Source: Eledone cirrhosa
Lineage: Eukaryota
Assembly (NCBI GenBank): GCA_964016885.1
Contig: CAXHJY010001692.1
Span: 1-64,000 of the forward strand
Length of the DNA: 64,000 nucleotides
Direction: 5' to 3'
Shown here piece by piece: positions 54,201-64,000 of this stretch (the stretch's first letter is position 1; each line of letters starts with the position of its first letter). A program made the position numbers and the translations under genes. A model generated the notes under the pieces. That model did not search any database. It worked only from the letters and a program-made list of their open reading frames with translations, and was not told where the DNA came from.

Positions 54201-57200
54201 CAATAGAATGACAGTCGTTACTACGTTCAATAGAATGACAGTCGTTAGAACGTCCAATAGAATGACAGTCGTTAGAACGTCCAATAGAATGACAGTCGTT
54301 AGAAGGTCCAATTGAATGACAGTCGTTAGAACGTCCAATAGAATTACAGTCGTTAGAACGTCCAATAGAATGACAGTCGTTAGAACGTCCAATAGAATGA
54401 CAGTCGTTAGAACGTCCAATAGAATGACAGTCGTTAGAACGTCCAATAGAATGACAGTCGTTACTACGTTCAATAGAATGACAGTCGTTAGAAGGTCCAA
54501 TTGAATGACAGTCGTTAGAACGTCCAATAGAATGACAGTCGTTAGAACGTCCAATAGAATGACAGTCGTTAGAACGTCCAATAGAATGACAGTCGTTAGA
54601 AGGTCCAATTGAATGACAGTCGTTAGAACGTCCAATAGAATTACAGTCGTTAGAACGTCCAATAGAATGACAGTCGTTAGAACGTCCAATAGAATGACAG
54701 TCGTTAGAACGTCCAATAGAATGACAGTCGTTAGAACGTCCAATAGAATGACAGTCGTTAGAACGTCCAATAGAATGACAGTCGTTAGAAGGTCCAATAG
54801 AATGACAGTCGTTAGAACGTCCAATAGAATGACAGTCGTTAGAACGTCCAATAGAATGACAGTCGTTAGAACGTCCAATAGAATGACAGTCGTTACTACG
54901 TTCAATAGAATGACAGTCGTTAGAAGGTCCAATTGAATGACAGTCGTTAGAACGTCCAATAGAATGACAGTCGTTAGAACGTCCAATAGAATGACAGTCG
55001 TTAGAACGTCCAATAGAATGACAGTCGTTACTACGTTCAATAGAATGACAGTCGTTAGAACGTCCAATAGAATGACAGTCGTTAGAACGTTCAATAGAAT
55101 GACAGTCGTTAGAACGTCCAATAGAATGACAGTCGTTATAACGTTCAATAGAATGACAGTCGTTAGAAGGTCCAATTGAATGACAGTCGTTAGAAGGTCC
55201 AATAGAATGACAGTCGTTAGTACGTCCAATAGAATGACAGTCGTTAGAACGTCCAATAGAATGACAGTCGTTATAACGTTCAATAGAATGACAGTCGTTA
55301 GAACGTCCGATAGAATGACAGTCGTTAGAACGTCCAATAGAATGACAGTCGTTAGAACGTCCAATAGAATGACAGTCGTTAGAACGTTCAATAGAATGAC
55401 AGTCGTTAGAACGTCCAATAGAATGACAGTCGTTAGAACGTCCAATAGAATGACAGTCGTTAGAACGTCCGATAGAATGACAGTCGTTAGAACGTCCAAT
55501 AGAATGACAGTCGTTAGAAGGTCCGATAGAATGACAGTCGTTAGAACGTTCAATAGAATGACAGTCGTTAGAACGTCCAATAGAATGACAGTCGTTAGAA
55601 CGTCCAATAGAATGACAGTCGTTAGAACGTCCAATAGAATGACAGTCGTTAGAACGTTCAATAGAATGACAGTCTTTAGAACGTCCAATAGAATGACAGT
55701 CGTTAGAACGTTCAATAGAATGACAGTCTTTAGAACGTCCGATAGAATGACAGTCGTTAGAACGTCCAATAGAATGACAGTCGTTAGAACGTCCGATAGA
55801 ATGACAGTCGTTAGAACGTCCAATAGAATGACAGTCGTTAGAAGGTCCGATAGAATGACAGTCGTTAGAACGTCCAATAGAATGACAGTCGTTAGAAGGT
55901 CCGATAGAATGACAGTCGTTAGAACGTTCAATAGAATGACAGTCGTTAGAACGTCCAATAGAATGACAGTCGTTAGAACGTCCAATAGAATGACAGTCGT
56001 TAGAACGTCCGATAGAATGACAGTCGTTAGAACGTCCAATAGAATGACAGTCGTTAGAAGGTCCGATAGAATGACAGTCGTTAGAACGTTCAATAGAATG
56101 ACAGTCGTTAGAACGTCCAATAGAATGACAGTCGTTAGAACGTCCAATAGAATGACAGTCGTTAGAACGTCCAATAGAATGACAGTCGTTAGAACGTTCA
56201 ATAGAATGACAGTCTTTAGAACGTCCAATAGAATGACAGTCGTTAGAACGTTCAATAGAATGACAGTCTTTAGAACGTCCGATAGAATGACAGTCGTTAG
56301 AACGTCCAATAGAATGACAGTCGTTAGAACGTCCGATAGAATGACAGTCGTTAGAACGTCCAATAGAATGACAGTCGTTAGAAGGTCCGATAGAATGACA
56401 GTCGTTAGAACGTTCAATAGAATGACAGTCGTTAGAACGTCCAATAGAATGACAGTCGTTAGAACGTCCAATAGAATGACAGTCGTTAGAACGTCCAATA
56501 GAATGACAGTCGTTAGAACGTTCAATAGAATGACAGTCTTTAGAACGTCCAATAGAATGACAGTCGTTAGAACGTTCAATAGAATGACAGTCGTTAGAAC
56601 GTCCAATAGAATGACAGTCGTTAGAACGTTCAATAGAATGACAGTCGTTAGAACGTCCAATAGAATGACAGTCGTTAGAACGTTCAATAGAATGACAGTC
56701 TTTAGAACGTCCAATAGAATGACAGTCGTTAGAACGTTCAATAGAATGACAGTCTTTAGAACGTCCAATAGAATGACAGTCGTTAGAACGTTCAATAGAA
56801 TGACAGTCTTTAGAACGTCCAATAGAATGACAGTCGTTAGAAGGTCCAATTGAATGACAGTCGTTAGTACGTCCAATAGAATGACAGTCGTTAGAACGTC
56901 CAATAGAATGACAGTCGTTATAACGTCCAATAGAATGACAGTCGTTAGAACGTCCAATAGAATGACAGTCGTTAGAACGTCCAATAGAATGACAGTCGTT
57001 AGAACGTTCAATAGAATGACAGTCGTTAGAACGTCCAATAGAATGACAGTCGTTAGAACGTCCAATAGAATGACAGTCGTTAGAACGTCCAATAGAATGA
57101 CAGTCGTTAGAACGTCCAATAGAATGACAGTCGTTAGAACGTCCAATAGAATGACAGTCGTTAGAACGTCCAATAGAATGACAGTCGTTAGAACGTCCAA

Positions 57201-60200
57201 TAGAATGACAGTCGTTAGAACGTTCAATAGAATGACAGTCGTTAGAACGTCCAATAGAATGACAGTCGTTAGAACGTTCAATAGAATGACAGTCGTTAGA
57301 AGGTCCAATTGAATGACAGTCGTTAGTACGTCCAATAGAATGACAGTCGTTAGAACGTCCAATAGAATGACAGTCGTTAGAACGTCCAATAGAATGACAG
57401 TCGTTAGTACGTCCAATAGAATGACAGTCGTTAGAACGTCCAATAGAATGACAGTCGTTAGTACGTTCAATAGAATGACAGTCGTTAGAACGTCCGATAG
57501 AATGACAGTCGTTAGAACGTCCAATAGAATGACAGTCGTTAGAAGGTCCAATAGAATGACAGTCGTTAGAAGGTCCAATAGAATGACAGTCGTTAGAAGG
57601 TCCAATAGAATGACAGTCGTTAGAACGTCCAATAGAATGACAGTCGTTAGAACGTCCAATAGAATGACAGTCGTTAGAACGTTCAATAGAATGACAGTCG
57701 TTAGAAGGTCCAATAGAATGACAGTCGTTAGAACGTTCAATAGAATGACAGTCGTTAGAAGGTCCAATAGAATGACAGTCGTTAGAACGTCCAATAGAAT
57801 GACAGTCGTTAGAACGTTCAATAGAATGACAGTCGTTAGAAGGTCCAATAGAATGACAGTCGTTAGAACGTCCAATAGAATGACAGTCGTTAGAACGTCC
57901 AATAGAATGACAGTCGTTAGAACGTTCAATAGAATGACAGTCGTTAGAAGGTCCAATAGAATGACAGTCGTTAGAACGTCCAATAGAATGACAGTCGTTA
58001 GAACGTCCAATAGAATGACAGTCGTTAGAACGTCCAATAGAATGACAGTCGTTAGAACGTTCAATAGAATGACAGTCGTTAGAACGTCCAATAGAATGAC
58101 AGTCGTTAGAACGTCCAATAGAATGACAGTCGTTAGTACGTCCAATAGAATGACAGTCGTTAGTACGTCCAATAGAATGACAGTCGTTAGAACGTCCAAT
58201 AGAATGACAGTCGTTAGAACGTCCAATAGAATGACAGTCGTTAGAACGTTCAATAGAATGACAGTCGTTAGAAGGTCCAATTGAATGACAGTCGTTAGTA
58301 CGTCCAATAGAATGACAGTCGTTAGAACGTCCAATAGAATGACAGTCGTTAGTACGTCCAATAGAATGACAGTCGTTAGAACGTCCAATAGAATGACAGT
58401 CGTTAGAAAGTTCAATAGAATGACAGTCGTTAGAACGTCCAATAGAATGACAGGCGTAGAACGTTCAATAGAATGACAGTCGTTAGAACGTTCAATAGAA
58501 TGACAGTCGTTAGAACGTTCAATAGAATGACAGTCGCTAGAACGTCCAATAGAATGACAGTCGTTAGAACGTTCAATAGAATGACAGTCGTTAGAACGTC
58601 CAATAGAATGACAGTCGTTACTACGTCCAATAGAATGACAGTCGTTAGAACGTCCAATAGAATGACAGTCGTTATAACGTTCAATAGAATGACAGTCGTT
58701 AGAACGTTCAATAGAATGACAGTCGTTAGAACGTTCAATAGAATGACAGTCGTTAGAACGTCCAATAGAATGACAGTCGTTATAACGTTCAATAGAATGA
58801 CAGTCGTTAGAACGTCCAATAGAATGACAGTCGTTACTACGTCCAATAGAATGACAGTCGTTAGAACGTCCAATGGAATGACAGTCGTTAGAACGTCCAA
58901 TAGAATGACAGTCGTTAGAACGTCCAATAGAATGACAGTCGTTAGAACGTTCAATAGAATGACAGTCGTTAGAACGTTCAATAGAATGACAGTCGTTAGA
59001 ACGTCCAATAGAATGACAGTCTTTAGAACGTCCAATAGAATGACAGTCGTTAGAACGTCCAATAGAATGACAGTCGTTATAACGTTCAATAGAATGACAG
59101 TCGTTAGAAGGTCCAATAGAATGACAGTCGTTAGAACGTCCAATAGAATGACAGTCGTTAGAACGTCCAATAGAATGACAGTCGTTAGAACGTTCAATAG
59201 AATGACAGTCGTTAGAACGTTCAATAGAATGACAGTCTTTAGAACGTCCAATAGAATGACAGTCGTTAGAACGTCCAATAGAATGACAGTCGTTAGAACG
59301 TCCAATAGAATGACAGTCGTTAGAACGTTCAATAGAATGACAGTCGTTATAACGTTCAATAGAATGACAGTCGTTAGAACGTCCAATAGAATGACAGTCG
59401 TTAGAACGTCCAATAGAATGACAGTCGTTAGAACGTCCAATAGAATGACAGTCGTTAGAACGTACAATAGAATGACAGTCGTTAGAACGTCCAATAGAAT
59501 GACAGTCGTTAGAACGTTCAATAGAATGACAGTCGTTAGAACGATCAATAGAATGACAGTCGTTAGAACGTCCAATAGAATAACAGTCGTTAGAACGTTC
59601 ATTAGAATGACAGTCGTTAGAACGTCCAATAGAATGACAGAGTCGTTAGAACATTCAATAGAATGACAGTCGTTAGAACGTCGAATAGAATGACAGTCGT
59701 TAGAACGTTCAATAGAATGACAGTCGTTAGAACGTCTAATAGAATGACAGTCGTTAGAACGTCCAATAGAATGACAGTCGTTAGAACGTTCAATAGAATG
59801 ACAGTCGTTAGAACGTCCAATAGAATGACAGTCGTTAGCACATTCAATAGAATGACAGTCGTTAGAACGTCCAAGAGAATGACAGTCGTTACTACGTCCA
59901 ATAGAATGACAGTCGTTAGAACGTCCAATAGAATGACAGTCGTTATAACGTTCAATAGAATGACAGTCGTTAGAAGGTCCAATTGAATGACAGTCGTTAG
60001 TACGTCCAATAGAATGACAGTCGTTATAACGTTCAATAGAATGACAGTCGTTAGAACGTCGAATAGAATGACAGTCGTTAGAACGTTCAATAGAATGACA
60101 GTCGTTAGAACGTCTAATAGAATGACAGTCGTTAGAACGTCCAATAGAATGACAGTCGTTAGAACGTTCAATAGAATGACAGTCGTTAGAACGTTCAATA

Positions 60201-63200
60201 GAATGACAGTCGTTAGAACCTCCAATAGAATGACAGTCGTTAGAACGTCCAATAGAATGACATTCGTTAGAAGGTCCAATAGAATGACAGTCGTTCGTAC
60301 GTCCAATAGAATGACAGTCGTTAGAAGGTCCAATAGAATGACAGTCGTTCGTACGTCCAATAGAATGACAGTCGTTAGAAGGTCCAATAGAATGACAGTC
60401 GTTCGTACGTCCAATAGAATGACATTCGTTAGAAGGTCCAATAGAATGACAGTCGTTCGTACGTCCAATAGAATGACAGTCGTTAGAAGGTCCAATAGAA
60501 TGACAGTCGTTAGAAGGTCCAATAGAATGACATTCGTTAGAAGGTCCAATAGAATGACAGTCGTTCGTACGTCCAATAGAATGACATTCGTTAGAAGGTC
60601 CAATAGAATGACAGTCGTTCGTACGTCCAATAGAATGACAGTCGTTAGAAGGTCCAATAGAATGACAGTCGTTATAACGTTCAATAGAATGACAGTCGTT
60701 AGAACGTCCGATAGAATGACAGTCGTTAGAATGTCCAATAGAATGACAGTCGTTAGAACGTTCAATAGAATGACAGTCGTTAGAATGTCCAATAGAATGA
60801 CAGTCGTTAGAACGTTCAATAGAATGACAGTCGTTAGAACGTCCAGTAGAATGACAGTCATTATTACGTTCAATAGAATGACAGTCGTTAGAACGTCCAA
60901 TAGAATGACAGTCGTTAGAACGTCCAATAGAATGACAGTCGTTAGAACGTCCAATAGAATGACAGTCGTTAGAACGTTCAATAGAATGACAGTCGTTAGA
61001 ACGTCCAATAGAATGACAGGCGTAGAACGTTCAATAGAATGACAGTCGTTAGAACGTTCAATAGAATGACAGTCGTTAAAACGTTCAATAGAATGACAGT
61101 CGTTAGAACGTCCAATAGAATGACAGTCGTTAGAACGTTCAATAGAATGACAGTCGTTATAACGTTCAATAGAATGACAGTCGTTAGAACGTTGAATAGA
61201 ATGACAGTCGTTAGAACGTCCAATAGAGTGACAGTCGTTAGAACGTTCAATAGAATGACAGTCGTTAGAACGTCCAATAGAATGACAGTCGTTAATACGT
61301 CCAATAGAATGACAGTCGTTAGAACGTCCAATAGAATGACAGTCGTTATAACGTTCAATAGAATGACAGTCGTTAGAAGGTCCAATAGAATGACAGTCGT
61401 AAGAACGTCCAATAGAATGACAGTCGTTAGAACGTCCAATAGAATGACAGTCGTTAGAACGTTCAATAGAATGACAGTCGTTAGAACGTTCAATAGAATG
61501 ACAGTCGTTAGAACGTCCAATAGAATGACAGTCTTTAGAACGTCCAATAGAATGACAGTCGTTAGAACGTCCAATAGAATGACAGTCGTTATAACGTTCA
61601 ATAGAATGACAGTCGTTAGAAGGTCCAATAGAATGACAGTCGTTAGAACGTCCAATAGAATGACAGTCGTTAGAACGTCCAATAGAATGACAGTCGTTAG
61701 AACGTTCAATAGAATGACAGTCGTTAGAACGTTCAATAGAATGACAGTCTTTAGAACGTCCAATAGAATGACAGTCGTTAGAACGTCCAATAGAATGACA
61801 GTCGTTAGAACGTCCAATAGAATGACAGTCGTTAGAACGTTCAATAGAATGACAGTCGTTAGAAGGTCCAATAGAATGACAGTCGTTAGAACGTTCAATA
61901 GAATGACAGTCGTTAGAACGTCCAATAGAATGACATTCGTTAGAACGTTCAATAGAATGACAGTCGTTAGAACGTCCAATAGAATGACAGTCGTTATAAC
62001 GTTCAATAGAATGACAGTCGTTAGAACGTCCAATAGAATGACAGTCGTTAGAACGTCCAATAGAATGACAGTCGTTAGAACGTCCAATAGAATGACAGTC
62101 GTTAGAACGTTCAATAGAATGACAGTCGTTAGAACGTTCAATAGAATGACAGTTGTTAGAACGTCCAATAGAATGACAGTCGTTAGAACGTTCAATAGAA
62201 TGACAGTCGTTAGAACGTTCAATAGAATGACAGTCGTTAGAACGTTCAATAGAATGACAGTCGTTAGAACGTCTAATAGAATGACAGTCGTTAGAACGTT
62301 CAATAGAATGACAGTCGTTAGAACGTTCAATAGAATGACAGTCGTTAGAACGTTCAATAGAATGACAGTCGTTAGAACGTCTAATAGAATGACAGTCGTT
62401 AGAACGTTCAATAGAATGACAGTCGTTAGAACGTCCAATAGAATGACAGTCGTTAGAACGTTCAATAGAATGACAGTCGTTAGAACGTCCAATAGAATGA
62501 CAGTCGTTAGAACGATCAATAGAATGACAGTCGTTAGAACGTTCAATAGAATGACAGTCGTTAGAACGTCCAATAGAATGACAGTCGTTAGAACGTTCAA
62601 TAGAATGACAGTCGTAATAACGTTCAATAGAATGACAGTCGTTAGAACGTTCAATAGAATGACAGTCGTTAGAACGTCCAATAGAATGACAGTCGTTAGA
62701 ACGTTCAATAGAATGACAGTCGTTAGAACGTCCAATAGAATGACAGTCGTTACTACGTCCAATAGAATGACAGTCGTTAGAACGTCCAATAGAATGACAG
62801 TCGTTATAACGTTCAATAGAATGACAGTCGTTAGAACGTTCAATAGAATGACAGTCGTTAGAACGTTCAATAGAATGACAGTCGTTAGAACGTCCAATAG
62901 AATGACATTCGTTAGAACATTCAATAGAATGACAGTCGTTAGAACGTCCAATAGAATGACAGTCGTTAGAACGTCCAATAGAATGACAGTCGTTAGAACG
63001 TCCAATAGAATGACAGTCGTTAGAACGTTCAATAGAATGACAGTCGTTAGAACGTTCAATAGAATGACAGTCGTTAGAACGTTCAATAGATTTGACAGTC
63101 GTTAGAACGTCTAATAGAATGACAGTCGTTAGAACGTTCAATAGAATGACAGTCGTTAGAACGTTCAATAGAATGACAGTCGTTAGAACGTTCAATAGAA

Positions 63201-64000
63201 TGACAGTCGTTAGAACGTCTAATAGAATGACAGTCGTTAGAACGTTCAATAGAATGACAGTCGTTAGAACGTCCAATAGAATGACAGTCGTTAGAACGTT
63301 CAATAGAATGACAGTCGTTAGAACGTCCAATAGAATGACAGTCGTTAGAACGATCAATAGAATGACAGTCGTTAGAACGTTCAATAGAATGACAGTCGTT
63401 AGAACGTCCAATAGAATGACAGTCGTTAGAACGTTCAATAGAATGACAGTCGTAATAACGTTCAATAGAATGACAGTCGTTAGAACGTTCAATAGAATGA
63501 CAGTCGTTAGAACGTCCAATAGAATGACAGTCGTTAGAACGTTCAATAGAATGACAGTCGTTAGAACGTCCAATAGAATGACAGTTGTTACTACGTCCAA
63601 TAGAATGACAGTCGTTAGAACGTCCAATAGAATGACAGTCGTTATAACGTTCAATAGAATGACAGTCGTTAGAACGTTCAATAGAATGACAGTCGTTAGA
63701 ACGTTCAATAGAATGACAGTCGTTAGAACGTCCAATAGAATGACATTCGTTAGAACATTCAATAGAATGACAGTCGTTAGAACGTCCAATAGAATGACAG
63801 TCGTTAGAACGTCCAATAGAATGACAGTCGTTAGAACGTCCAATAGAATGACAGTCGTTAGAACGTTCAATAGAATGACAGTCGTTAGAACGTTCAATAG
63901 AATGACAGTCGTTAGAACGTCCAATAGAATGACGGTCGTTAGAACGTCCAATAGAATGACAGTCGTTAGAACGTCCAATAGAATGATAGTCGTTATAACG
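39293..64000. repeat. 27-bp satellite (GACAGTCGTTAGAACGTYCAATAGAAT), roughly 915 units, running off the window end
   Basis: Direct reading; point variants recur in blocks. Confidence 0.99.

Noticed and set aside
39277-63978. Very long ORFs (up to 2952 aa) of DVLTTVILL / MTVVRTSNR repeats
   Set aside because: A 27-bp unit lacking stops in several frames gives ORFs on both strands; frameshifting indels are scattered and there is no unique domain.

Overview
Eukaryotic, repeat-saturated animal DNA; the SINE types and (TA)n/(CA)n density suggest a cephalopod such as Octopus (inference). About 75% is tandem repeat: a ~78-bp compound satellite (1.85-9.1 kb), an 89-bp satellite (13.9-21.6 kb), 17-bp arrays (27.1-27.4 and 28.0-33.4 kb), a ~106-bp array (36.3-37.75 kb) and a 27-bp satellite (39.3 kb to the end). 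Nearly all ORFs in the track are artefacts of these repeats. Real coding remnants are a decayed Penelope-like retroelement (RT plus C-terminal GIY-YIG, minus strand, ~24.7-26.4 kb), two RTE-like LINE 3' fragments and possibly one host exon. The main signal is in the short islands between (TA)n tracts. They hold six sequence-distinct families of small non-coding elements, each with a complete, degenerate or half minimal type-I hammerhead ribozyme. Five families share a downstream ACTC-stem/2-nt bulge/GAGT hairpin whose inner stem covaries. Several copies start with an inverted duplication, which in two cases puts a hammerhead on both strands. Four of the five satellite families appear to derive from pieces of SINEs or LINEs.
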